Below the pieces are notes generated by a model. That model did not search any database, was not told the DNA's origin, and worked only from the letters and a program-made list of their open reading frames with translations. DNA of 64,000 bases from Marsupella aquatica (Eukaryota > Plantae > Marchantiophyta), in contig OZ316893.1 in assembly GCA_973895155.1 (NCBI GenBank), forward strand, positions 11,920,359-11,984,358, given 5' to 3'. The translations under genes and the position numbers were made by a program. Below are positions 12,771 through 24,266 of the stretch, in pieces. How positions within the stretch are numbered: position 1 is the first letter of the stretch; every line of letters begins with the position of its first letter.

Positions 12771-14868
12771 CAACTCATTCTGGGCTACTTAATTAGAAGT
12801 TTTATGAATGCGGGTTAATGTTTAGTTGTATCACTCAATTAGGAAGGTGAAGGGTTAGCAATTGATTTCTATACTGAACAAGAGTGACTGAACCTAGCTC
12901 TATCCAAAAAGTATAGTATAAAACTAACCCACATATCATGAAGTAACAAACTAGTGTTATAAGAGAATTTGAATGAAGTTTCCAGACTACCATTGTGGGA
13001 GCATAGGTTGGGTAGGGGGTGGAATTGGGAAATGGGCATGATTGGTATCTACAACTATAATAAAGGATCCTGTGTTTTTTGTCCTTTGTCCCAATATAAA
13101 AAAAGCTCTTGGGCGGGGAAGATCCACAGCCGTTGGATTTGTTGGATTTGTTTTGCTGTTTTCCCTGACCATTGATGGAGGAAATGGGCACCCCTGACGC
13201 ATTTGTGTGTTCCCCACATTGTACCATAAATGCCCGGCCCAACTCCCTATGGGCAGGCCCTCCTTGTGCCATGCAAGGGACTGGCATAGGGCTAGTTCAC
13301 CATAGCAAAGCCCTCACATTCAAACATTAGATTCTTAAAGGAAATGGATTCATGAAGGAAATTTCCCCTTTACAAATTAGAAAAAACAAAAACAAAAACA
13401 ATAAATTACTTTCACATACATCCTGCCTTTCCAAAGAAGTTCCAACACACATCTTGTCCTTAGCTAATCGGCAGAATTGATGCGATCACAAAAACCTTTG
13501 TCCTTACCTAAAGATGGGATACATAGGGCGAAAATAGGGTCAGAGCAGGGACGGCCCGAATCAAGCAATTCCAAGAGCTTTAAGGGAAAGGAATGGTTAT
13601 CCAAAGCCACAATGAACGAATCAAGGATTTAATAATACTTAAACTTACTGCAGAAGCTAAACGGAGACCGACAAATTTCATTGTTTAGGGAATTATGTAT
13701 GCAAAATGTTCGTCAGAAGAGCGAAACATGAACTTCTAGGAGCAGCTTTTGGAACACCAGGGACTGACATGACAGTAAGGATGAAGGTGGACTAACCAAA
13801 GAGGGGGCTCTTACTGTGTGTCGTGCTCCACTCTGAAATAGCTCACACACATACATATAGGAGATCTAATTCTAATCCAAGAACATGAATATTTTGAGAC
13901 TGTGGACGTTAATCTTAATAGAAAGCAATGGAATGTCCAGGATCGAGCAGCTAGTTAATATTCCCGTGGGTGAACTCCCCAGAGAAGGCACAAATGTACA
14001 GATCGAGCTTCCTGGCTAGAGATAGATCGAGGCACTACTTCAACAACAATTTATTGATGATCGCTCACAACAACTTTAATTAACACAAGGCGTTCGATCA
14101 GACTGTCGATCCTCTCGAATGTTAAGTCCAGTTTCTCTCTCCGGAGCCTCTTGCACTTGGTCGTGCAGACCTTAGGTTTTATTGAGCCCTCTTGCAATCT
14201 TTAACACAGGACGAATTTTGAACTTTTCTAAATTATACAACTTCACAACGCCTAGGATATCCATGATTGGCCAATATATTAATTAAACGTCACTGGGCTT
14301 ACAATATTCTTTCCAGTAATCATAGATGGGATCGGTCGACCTTGCTGTTCTCTGACCACAAGATTCATGGCCTATCAGACAGCGAATTGAAATCTATCCC
14401 ATCGAAATATGCAGCCCACGAACCGGAAGCTTTTCTAAATCGATAACCCTCGATCAACATAATCATCACCAGTACTGATTGACTGATCAACATAATCGAT
14501 GTGATGTGATACTAAAAATATCAACGCAATTGCCGGCGGTCTCGTTATGTTGTTTTTACACTTCTCCCCTTGACGTTTCCTTCAGAATGATTGATCGACG
14601 TCTATCTTGTCATGACAGACGTGATTTTTGCCTTTCGATAAATTACATGGCGGATCGAACAGAGCGAGACGGCAGCTGCAGCAAGTGTCATTAATAGACC
14701 TCTGCTTGATCTCTCAGTGTCCAGCTACGCCATGATTTTCCGGCTGTACAGCATCCGTTAGAACTACAGACAGTTTAGGTTGCATCGAATCTCAGTCTAG
14801 GCGCGCTGTAAGGTCTCTTCAAAAACCTCCTCTATAATCCTCAAATCTTGTCTAGCTAAGTGCAGAGT

Positions 14869-16551
14869 TTAGAAGCTGGAAGTATTCGAAACGCGGCCCC
14901 CTGCACTAATTAAGGGTTTCTCATTCGAATCGGCACTTGCTTGCCTTCTTCCCTTGTGCTTTCGACTCCTCTTTCTCTTTCGACTATCACCGCTGAATTT
15001 GATCATGTTATCGGATGAGTCGTGAGATGAGCTCACGTCGCCGGCCAGTCGCCCGCGAATAAGCTTTTCCGCCCTCTCCAATTCTGCTTGCAATGTCGTC
15101 GGCAGGTCAGGAGGATCTACGTTACCCTCCATCATCCTCAACACGGTGCTCATTCCAGGTCTCTCGGTCGGATCTCCCTGGAGACATAGAAGTGCAATCC
15201 AAATCAGTCGCTCCGCTTCGTTCGTATCGAATTGTTCTTCTTCGAGCATAAGGTCGACGACGTCCTCTTCTTCTCCTGCTAACACTTTCCGAATTGCCCA
15301 AGCAGGCAAGAAGAGACTGTCCAGGGCCAGGTCCTGATTCTCATGCTCTCGTCCACTCACCACCTCTAGCATTACGATGCCAAAGCTGTAAACGTCCATC
15401 TTCTGGCTGACTGCTGCGACATATATTTCCGGTGCCATATAACCCTTCGTACCTCCCGCAGCCAGAGTCTGTTTCGTCGTCGCTGATCCTAGTAGCTTCG
15501 CCAATCCGAAATCTGCTATTTTGGGCGCATAGACCATATCGAGAAGAATATTTTGTGGTTTGATGTCAAGATGAACAATCATCTGCCCACGCTGGAGTTC
15601 TTCGTGCAGATAAGCGAGGCCCTTGGCCGTCCCTTTGAGGATATCGACTCTCGTCTTCCATGGCAGCACGAAATCCGGATCCACTTTGACATTCTCGAAT
15701 ATCCAGTTATCGAGGGACCCGTTGGCGACGAATTCGTAGACCAGAAAAAAATTATTGTTCTCAAAGGTGAACCCAAGCAGAGCCACCAAGTTCGCGTGAT
15801 TGATTCTTCCCAGAGTCTTCACCTCCGTCTCGAAGTCCTTCACATCGCGTTGCCCGTTAAGCAGCCGTTTGACGGCTATGTCCGTCCCATCCCGGAGAGT
15901 TCCTTTGTACACAACCCCGAAGGCTCCACGCCCAATCTCAACGCTAAACCCGTCGGTAGCGCTATGCAACGTCTCGTAGGACAATCTCTTCCCGAGCTCC
16001 GCACTCGGATAGGAGAGTGCCGGCTTGGAGATACCCGAAGTCGTCGATGCTATGTTCGCTTGACGATTGTATGCGTTCCCCAAGGCCCTGGCCTCAAGCT
16101 TGGCTTCTACATCGTTAGAAATGAATTTATTGAATCTACTTGATTCGTTACCCTTGTCATGAGAACGGCGGCGAAAAACGAAAAGGCTGGCCCCGAGAAA
16201 AATTACCCCCAACCCAGCAACAACACCAATGGCAATTCCAACAGCGGCGCCAGAGCTCAGAGACTTTTTCCCGTTTCCGTTGGAGTTCCAACAAGCACCC
16301 CCAGTACAATTCCCCGCTCCGCAGTAGTCGATCGTGATTCCACAATAGTTATTTTTACTGCAGCAGTAAGTTGGGTCGGGACAGCTCTTCTTTGGGTTGC
16401 AAGATCCAGTGGCACCTCTACTCAATTCCACCTGCAGCAAAGCCGTCACACAGACCAGTGCCAAGATCAGCGGCCAGCTCCGATCAGCCCTCCAACCGAG
16501 CTGTTCTACTCTGCAGCAGGCCGCCCGCATCATCATTCCTGAAAACTTCAT
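14869..16551 (-). CDS. Hevein (chitin-binding type 1)-domain receptor-like kinase, non-RD, copy 1 (560 aa)
   Basis: First ATG at 16551, homologous to the start of copy 2. Hydrophobic signal (WPLILALVCVTALLQV), 8-Cys domain CNPKKSCPDPTYCCSKNNYCGITIDYCGAGNCTGGAC (16291-16401), TM AAVGIAIGVVAGLGVIFLGASLFVF followed by RRR. Kinase motifs GRGAFG, IAVK, HLDIKPQN, DFG, GYMAPE. Intronless. Confidence 0.92.
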   Translation of the reverse strand: MKFSGMMMRAACCRVEQLGWRADRSWPLILALVCVTALLQVELSRGATGSCNPKKSCPDPTYCCSKNNYCGITIDYCGAGNCTGGACWNSNGNGKKSLSSGAAVGIAIGVVAGLGVIFLGASLFVFRRRSHDKGNESSRFNKFISNDVEAKLEARALGNAYNRQANIASTTSGISKPALSYPSAELGKRLSYETLHSATDGFSVEIGRGAFGVVYKGTLRDGTDIAVKRLLNGQRDVKDFETEVKTLGRINHANLVALLGFTFENNNFFLVYEFVANGSLDNWIFENVKVDPDFVLPWKTRVDILKGTAKGLAYLHEELQRGQMIVHLDIKPQNILLDMVYAPKIADFGLAKLLGSATTKQTLAAGGTKGYMAPEIYVAAVSQKMDVYSFGIVMLEVVSGREHENQDLALDSLFLPAWAIRKVLAGEEEDVVDLMLEEEQFDTNEAERLIWIALLCLQGDPTERPGMSTVLRMMEGNVDPPDLPTTLQAELERAEKLIRGRLAGDVSSSHDSSDNMIKFSGDSRKRKRSRKHKGRRQASADSNEKPLISAGGRVSNTSSF

Positions 16552-19187
16552 CCACTGAAATGGACCTGCACGTACCCACCTTTTTCGTGGTCTCTCTAGT
16601 GCCGAAGTCTCATAATCCGGAGCTACTCCCCCGATCAATTCCACGAAGTTTAAGCTGTCCTCCGATCCTAGAGCAAAGTACGTGCTCGACGTAATGAAGA
16701 GGTGGCCGGCTTGCTCGTACGCTAGCTTGGACGATGGCCGGATCCTGGATCGAGGCGATAGAAAATGGATGAGCCACTGATCGATCTGATATTCTGATGA
16801 ACATACGCTAGTAACTGACGCATTCGGAGCCACTTCAATAAATTGGGCACAGGAAAAAGACAACTTACGACAGACCCGAAGCGAAGCTGTCAATTAGTTG
16901 AAACCTTTTAATAATGGCAACAATGACCGAGCCAGACCCGACAAGTGTCTGTGATTAATTCAACTTAGCTTCATGGTGAGGCTAGCTACTACAAAAATCC
17001 GAATGGAATATCTGTCATGGGAATCGCCATCAAACTGCTGGCCTGCAGACCTACACATTATTGAATGAAGTTACTCAAAGTCTAATTAACTCTTCTAAGT
17101 ATTAATATTGCACGACTTCCTGGCAGTTGCAGTCATTTCTTCAATGCCTGGAATTGAAGGACCTCTTCAGGACGGGGCATAGTTCGAGCTCGGTTTCCGA
17201 TTAACCTACACTACGTCGCCATGCGAGAGCCAGGGTGAAACCTAAGGTGTAGGTCAAAAAGGTTTTTAATTAATGATTGACATTCACGTTTGGTGTGGGT
17301 TTGGTGAGCTAGCCTGTGGCTCCCGGGAGATTCTTGTCCCTTCTGGAGTCCCGGAATCCAGGGACCCTCCGTTTCAGATTGGCAAATTCTCGAGGGGTGC
17401 CGGAGACCGTGCATTCTGCTGCATCTGTGGTGCCTCCACGCTAGCGTCAATATTGAGCGGAGATTTCGAAGCCCCTCAGGGACAGACCACCTTCATATAC
17501 AACAAACGACAGTGCAATTTTGTCGATATGAAGATTGGTTTCACTGTGCACGTACCAAACAGCACGCTACTAGCTTTGTAGCTCGACTGATTCTCGATCA
17601 GGCAAGTTTTAATTCACACCAGAGATGCATTCCTACCCCGTGCGTACAAAGACAGACCGGCCACAATTTCTTTGGCCATCGATATCACGTACTCCGATCA
17701 CGCTGCACTCTATACGCTCCTAAAGTATTGAGGATGGACATGGGATTTGGCCAGGATTGCTGATTGATCGAATCCGCTTATATATGTGTGATAGTTATAA
17801 TTTCTTGATACATATAATGAGAAAGTAAACGTCCCATTATTGGATCTGCGATCTGTTGTTCATACATGGAAGACGAGAACGGATCTTTAAGTCGCCAACG
17901 CCCATTGCCCCTTGAATCGTACTTTTGAGGAATGTTTAAAGAGTAGTATTGCATCTAGAAACAAATGCAACTCACAAAGTTAATCAAAACACAATAGTCC
18001 ACTCTTCTTGTGCACCCGACTTGTGCATTGTGGAGTAATTAACCAGGAACATAATGTTAAATAATGCTCATCAGTTTAGTGTTCATGATGTGGCAGTGGA
18101 GCGTGTCCTAGATTTGATTGCAAAGGAAGCTAGTTCGTACTGCAAGCTTAAAACTGATTTTCAGCAAGTTCTAATACGTTATGAGCGAGTTCTAATTATA
18201 AGTTATCTACGAAGCATTACTTCGTCGTTGACACTGCTTTTGAGAACACCATACGGTTCTGACTCACTGCCCGTGATGTATGCTACCGTTAATATTCCTG
18301 CTCTATGCCTTTGAGTGGTCTCGTCGAATGTTGCGTTGGTTTTCAGAACCTCTAGCTAAGGCCGATTCGGCCACAAGGCAAGCTTTTTGTTTTCCTAGAT
18401 TTTCTATAATTGCTTGGAGCAAACTCATTCAATGCCGACAAAATCAAAATATGATGGCCGGCTGACACTCAGTCTATTGGAACCCCATATCTATGATCGC
18501 AATCGCCCACAGTCGAGAATGGTCTCATGATCTCTTTGTGACTGATCAATACAAACATTTTGGGCAGGACACAGTTTGATTGTAGCTGGTCTGTGCAATA
18601 CCAAGTTCTGCATAGTTACCGTCATGTCATTAAATGTTTGCAGTCAGAGCCAAGTGCAATCGCGTTGCAAAAGTGGGCCTCGTGTGTGCAGAATTCCCGA
18701 GACGAAATATGCACTGTGTTGAAGAAGAGGGCTTGTCATAACAAATTGGGAACAACGTTTTTCAGTGCTTTTATGAAAAGCGCCTAAACTAAAGCCTTGA
18801 AGCTTCCAAGCGAAGTGTGAACTCATAGATCACTAACTTGTTTAACACGGCATAAAGTGCCTTTGGCACCATCACCTCACTGTCTCTGCTTTCTGCATAT
18901 ACTGTCAAGACTTCGCATGGGGCGTGTGAGGTTCCAAGGAGAGGGAAGATCACTTCAATAATCACTCAACGAAGTCTTAGTTTCGTCGATAATGCAATGA
19001 GTTCGAACCCTTCGTGCCTCCACATCCCCTTCTGGACATTCCCGTCTGGCCTTGCCCCCCACACTTATGATACTATATTTTGCTGTAGAAAAACAGTTTT
19101 TCAATACGATCACAATAGGTACTTACTGAAACTCTCCAACCATTCTCCATTACAATAGAGACGTACTATTCTACCCTTCTACCCCTA

Positions 19188-19211
19188 ATATATATATATA
19201 TATATATATAT
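19188..19211. repeat. (AT)n microsatellite
   Basis: Run of AT dinucleotides, immediately followed by CACACTGCAAGAGAAAA. Confidence 0.85.
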
Positions 19212-21739
19212 CACACTGCAAGAGAAAAACAGCTACGTGTAACCTCAGTTAGACTTATGATGTCGGCCAGGTTACTCAGGTGTCAACAGAGGAATTTTAA
19301 AACAAGTACTTTACACATTATTTACAGCCCATGCAAGTTCTTCTTCAGGCTCCAGAAAAAGTGTCGAGCCCTCGGCATTAGACTGTCCAGCAAGGTCCCC
19401 TATCTTCTAATGGCGATGTTCCCGTCAACTTTGATCGAGGAGCTTACTTCCTTCTAGATACTCTGTAGAAGCTCCCGAGAAGCTCCTGGTCATCTAGCTA
19501 CTACCGGGGCTGCTAATAGTGGCGACTGATCCCTTGCATCTGAAATTCCCTCCGGATTCTCTGTTGCTGTTTTCTCTGGGCTTCAACGTGGCTGCTGTCC
19601 TTCCGGCTGTCCTGCAGCGTAATTTTCTTCCTGGCCGAGGGTGCTGCTTGAATGGATTCTTCGCAGCTGAAAGTACTCTGCTTTAATCTCCATTAGTTCA
19701 TTGCAGCTACCTCGTCGCCGTTCCTTTCATTGGAATTCCGAAATCCCTGCTAAGCTCTTTCTGGTGCTGCCGCCTTTTCTGTCCAGTTGCGCTTCTCTTG
19801 TAGAACTTTCTCGGGATGCCCAGTGTACAGTAGAGCGGCACTCATTCTTCAATTCTGATTATTTACTTTGTACATTTCCCCTCTTCTCTTCTTGTGATTC
19901 TCTTTTGTCTATTCTTTTGAGATAATGGTGGTAACATTTTTGGGAACCGCACATTTTGCTTGTGACCCTGCCCGCAGCATTCCATGGAACAGCTGCGGTT
20001 TGAGTAGTTGGAGTAGGGCGTCTCAACTCTTTAATTTGGTTTTGGCTCAATCCTGTCAACAGTCAGACATGTTTTCCCAAAGTAAAATGGTATCTGACTA
20101 GCTTGCTAACTTGTCCTACCACTTGTGACCAACGTCCATAACTCACACTTAGACTAGCTCGCTTGTCTTACCACTGGTGACCAACGTCCATAACTCACAC
20201 TTTGGGCTGCAGATCTTTATGTTACTGGGGCTTCAGATTTGAGACACCCTGAGTGAAGAGACTAGAAGAGTAAGCGAAGCCATGGGAAGAGAAGACCTCC
20301 AGAAACTTCTGCAGCACAGGTTGTAGCCCCAAATATTCAAGATTCGTTTTTATGAGGTGGAGTTAGAAAAAAAGCAAAGGAGGCAGTTGGCTGGAAGCTA
20401 GTTTACCAAGGTTGACAACCTGAGTTTTGGGGTCCCAGGGAACTGCACATCAAAATATGACATATGACATCCTTCCAGATCATGATAAACCTTGTTATTT
20501 TCTTTAAATCAATACACACAGTATATTACCATTGATTTGTGATTACCTTATTTTCTTTAAATCAATGAGTCAACAATATATTACCTTTGTGATTACCGGC
20601 AGGGGAGTTTTGTATATATAAAACAGAGCATTTACAACTTACTGCTTAGTACGTACACCAGCCTTGCTATACAGGTTTGTCTAGTATGACTATTTGTGCC
20701 CTTGTCTATGGGTCTACAACTAGTGCAAATAGTTACAATAGACAAGTCTGCCAAAGTTACACAGTATACTATAGTTGGTCCTGATGTCTCCTTCCCAAAA
20801 GCATTATTCAGATAGTTGAAATTGGTGATTCTCAAAAGAGTCCTTCCCAAAAGCTACCTGAAGTGACCTAGTCTAAAGTGGCCTAGCTTTTTGTATCCAG
20901 TCTAAATTGGCCTTTTTGTATCTAGACAGTGTAAACTGGCACATGACTTTATGCAGTCCATAGGAATAGATACGGACAGCTTCTCTGTCCATTCTTGCTT
21001 GCATGGGTTTCCAGTTGCATGGCTTGCTCAAAGATGGCTTCCCTTAAGAAAGCAACAAATATAAAATGTGAAAACCTGTAGATATCCAAATCACTTCAAG
21101 AATTTTCAATTTGTAGTTTTTGGTACGTACTTATGGAAGAGAATGCTCATCATAGTCTGCATTTTGAGATTTGCACTCTACTTGTCTGTCAGGAAAATAG
21201 TAAGATACACTTTGATAGCAAAGTTGGTCCCTGGCTAAACAAAACCTCTAATAAAAACCCAATTTGGGGGCTCCTTTTTTGGCTAGCTAACTCGGAGGTA
21301 TAATGTGAGGGCTCAACAGGAATTTTGACGATGAGGAGAGTATTGTCAGCGAGTCACTAGTGGTTTTAAATTTCTTTTGATTTTTGCTGCCTTTCATATT
21401 TTTAGTGTTTTTTTTGTTACTCCAGTGGCTAGCCAGTGTGCTAGCTAGCCAAAAGAGGATCATTCCCAACTTAAAGTGGCATTGGATATAGAAATAGTGA
21501 CTACAATGACCCCTGCCATTTGGAGTCTTAGAAATAGACTAAAAATATGAAAAGTCAGCAAAATTTTTGACACTTAGAATCACTCATGATAGCTAACAAT
21601 ACTCTCGCTATCCAAAAGTCAGGTTTGCTTGCATCACCCAATACTTCCTCGAAACTTAAGCTAAAGCCCTATTTTTTTGGACATCGTATATATCCAAAAC
21701 GCCTTCATGTACACTGCTGATGGCGGGTAGGTAGAATGT

Positions 21740-22105
21740 ATATAGTAAATTCTTGTTTACAGTGAGGGCATTGTTGTGAGACTGTGCCTTACTTTTGATA
21801 GAAAGCAATGGAATGTCCAGGATCGACGTATATGGTAAATTCTTGTTTACAGGGCCTTGTTGTGGGAGGGCCTTGTTGTGGGACTGTGCCTTACTCTTGA
21901 TGGAAAGCTAAGGAATGTCCAGGGTCGACGTATATAGGAAATTCTTGTTTACAGGGTCTTGTTGTTAGACTGTGCCTTACTCTAGATAGAAAGCAATGGA
22001 ATGTGAGTCCAGGATCGACGTATATACTAAATTCTTGTTTACAGGCCTTGTTGTGAGACTGTGCCTTACTCTTGATAGAAAGCAATGGAATGTCCAGGAT
22101 CGAGG
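21740..22105 (+). repeat. Tandem repeat, about 90-100 bp unit, 4 copies
   Basis: AAATTCTTGTTTACAG...TTGTTG...GACTGTGCCTTACT...GAAAGC...GGAATGT...CAGG(A/G)TCGA recurs at about 21747, 21837, 21939 and 22029. Confidence 0.9.
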
Positions 22106-22571
22106 GGCTACTGTAGTTAATTTGCCGTGAATGAACTCATCAGAAAGCCACGTACATGTAGATCGAGCTTCCTAGAGATCGATCGAGGCACCAATTCAAT
22201 AACATCTGATAACAACAACCGTTTGACATGAGGCGTCCGGAGTGTCGTTTTCTATTGTACAATATCACAACCTCTGCGATATCCATGAATGGCCAATATA
22301 TTAATCGTCAATGGACGTACCATGTTCTTTCCAGTAAGCATCAATTGTATCGAGGTCGTCCTTGCAGTTCTCCGACAGCTAGATTCATGCATGGCCCTGA
22401 TATATGTCTGCCTTTCATGGATTACATGGCGGAAGCAGGTGCACGCGCCGATCAGAGACGGCAGATGCAGCAAGTGTAATTCACAGACTATGGCATCCGT
22501 CAGACCTACAGACTTAGGTTGTGTCGAATCTGATTGTAGTAGTTCTCTTCCAAAACCTCCTTTATAAATCC

Positions 22572-24266
22572 TCAGATCGACCCATTCGAAACGCTATGCC
22601 CTGAATTAACTAAGGGTTTCTCATCCGAATCTATACCTGTGGGCCTTCTTCCCTTGGGCTCTCGACTCCCGCTTCGACTAGTATCACCACTGAATTTAAT
22701 CATGTTATCGGATACCTCGCGAGAAGAGCTCACGTCGCCGGTCAGTCGCCCGCGAATAAGCTTTTCCGCCTTCTCCAATTCTGCTTGCAATGTCGTCGGT
22801 AGGTCAGGAGGATCTACATTAGCCTCCATCATCCTAAACACAGTGCTCATTCCTGGTCTCCCGGTCGGATCTCCCTGGAGACACAGAAGTGCAATCCAAA
22901 TCAGCCGCTTGGCTTCATTTGTATCGAATTGGTTCTCTTGAAAGAGATGGTCAACGACGTCCACTTCTTCTCCTGCCAACACCTTCCGAATCGCCCAAGC
23001 AGGCAAGAAGACAGTGTCCGGGGCCAGGTCACGATCCTCATGATGTCGTCCGCTCACCACCTCGAGCATTACGATACCAAAGCTGTAAACGTCCATCTTC
23101 TGGCTGACGGCTGCGACATATACTTCCGGTGCCATATAACCCTTCGTACCTCCCGCAGCCAGAGTTTGTTTCGCCGTCGCTGATCCTAGTAGCTTCGCCA
23201 ATCCGAAGTCTGCTATTTTGGGCGCATAGAGCATATCGAGAAGAATATTTTGTGGTTTGATGTCAAGGTGAACAATCATCTGCCCACGCTGGAGCTCTTC
23301 GTGCATGTAGGCGAGGCCCTTGGCCGTCCCTTTGAGGATGTCAACTCTCTTATTCCATGGCAGCACGAACTCAGGATCTGCTTTGACATTCTTGAAGATC
23401 CACCGATCGAGGGACCCGTTGGCAACGAATTCGTAGACCAGAAAAAAATTATTGTTCTCGAAGGTGAACGCAAGCAAAGCCACCAAGTTCGCATGATTGA
23501 TTCTTCCCAAAGTCTTCACCTCCGCCTCGAAGTCCTTCACATCGCGATGCCCGTCGAGTAGCTGTTTGACGGCTATGTCCGTCCCATCCCGGAGAGTTCC
23601 TTTGTACACAACCCCGAAGGCTCCGCGCCCAAGCTCAACGCTAAACCCGTCCGTAGCGCTGTACAACGTCTCGTAAGACAATCTTCCCCTGAGCTCTGCA
23701 CTCTGAATGGACATTGCCGAATTGGAGATACCAGAGATCGTCGATGCTACACGCACTTCACGATTGTATGCGCTGTCCCGGGGGTTAGTGTCCATCCCGG
23801 CTTCTAAACCCTGAGCAGTGAATCGAGTTTTACTTAATTCGTTGCCCTTGTGATGAGCACGGCGCCGGCAAGCCACGAAGAGACAGGCCCCGAGAATGAT
23901 CACCCCCAATCCAGCCACAACACCAACGGCAATTCCAACAGCGGTGCCAGCGCTCTGAGACTTTTTCCCATTGATTACAGTAGTGTTGTTGAGTGCCTTA
24001 GCACAAGGACCCCCAATGCAATTCCCCACTCCGCAGTAGTCGGGCGTAATTCCACAAAAGAGATTCTTACTGCAGCAATTAGTTGGGAGCTCACAGGTGT
24101 TGTCAGGTTTGCAGGATCCAAGGTCACCAATACTCAATTCCACCTGCAGCAAAGCCGTCACACAGACCAGTGCTACGATCAGCGGCCAATTCCGATCAGC
24201 CCTCCAACCGAGCTGTTCTACCCTGCAGCAGGAGGCCTGCATCATTGTTGTTCCTGAGGACTGCAT
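22572..24266 (-). CDS. Hevein (chitin-binding type 1)-domain receptor-like kinase, non-RD, copy 2 (564 aa)
   Basis: Signal peptide, 8-Cys domain CKPDNTCELPTNCCSKNLFCGITPDYCGVGNCIGGPC (24003-24113), TM helix, and a complete kinase with HLDIKPQN. Clearly paralogous to 14869-16551. Confidence 0.93.
   Translation of the reverse strand: MQSSGTTMMQASCCRVEQLGWRADRNWPLIVALVCVTALLQVELSIGDLGSCKPDNTCELPTNCCSKNLFCGITPDYCGVGNCIGGPCAKALNNTTVINGKKSQSAGTAVGIAVGVVAGLGVIILGACLFVACRRRAHHKGNELSKTRFTAQGLEAGMDTNPRDSAYNREVRVASTISGISNSAMSIQSAELRGRLSYETLYSATDGFSVELGRGAFGVVYKGTLRDGTDIAVKQLLDGHRDVKDFEAEVKTLGRINHANLVALLAFTFENNNFFLVYEFVANGSLDRWIFKNVKADPEFVLPWNKRVDILKGTAKGLAYMHEELQRGQMIVHLDIKPQNILLDMLYAPKIADFGLAKLLGSATAKQTLAAGGTKGYMAPEVYVAAVSQKMDVYSFGIVMLEVVSGRHHEDRDLAPDTVFLPAWAIRKVLAGEEVDVVDHLFQENQFDTNEAKRLIWIALLCLQGDPTGRPGMSTVFRMMEANVDPPDLPTTLQAELEKAEKLIRGRLTGDVSSSREVSDNMIKFSGDTSRSGSREPKGRRPTGIDSDEKPLVNSGHSVSNGSI

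Noticed and set aside
15146-16694. Plus-strand ORFs overlapping the RLKs (also 22639-24384)
   Set aside because: They are antisense shadows of the kinase CDSs. Their similarity to each other simply reflects the duplication.
16552-16893. 114-codon N-terminal extension of RLK copy 1 given by the ORF track (674 aa)
   Set aside because: It starts at a non-ATG codon and would bury the signal peptide. The paralogue begins at the position homologous to the ATG at 16551, and its upstream region carries indels.
19213-21765. Possible CACTG-terminated element between the RLK copies
   Set aside because: CACTGCAAGAGAAAA looks like a left TIR, but I found no convincing matching right TIR or TSD and no recognisable ORF.
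21740-22105. Possible CRISPR-like array (also considered for 34170-34490)
   Set aside because: The units are repeated along their whole length with no unique spacers, there are no cas genes, and the context is eukaryotic.
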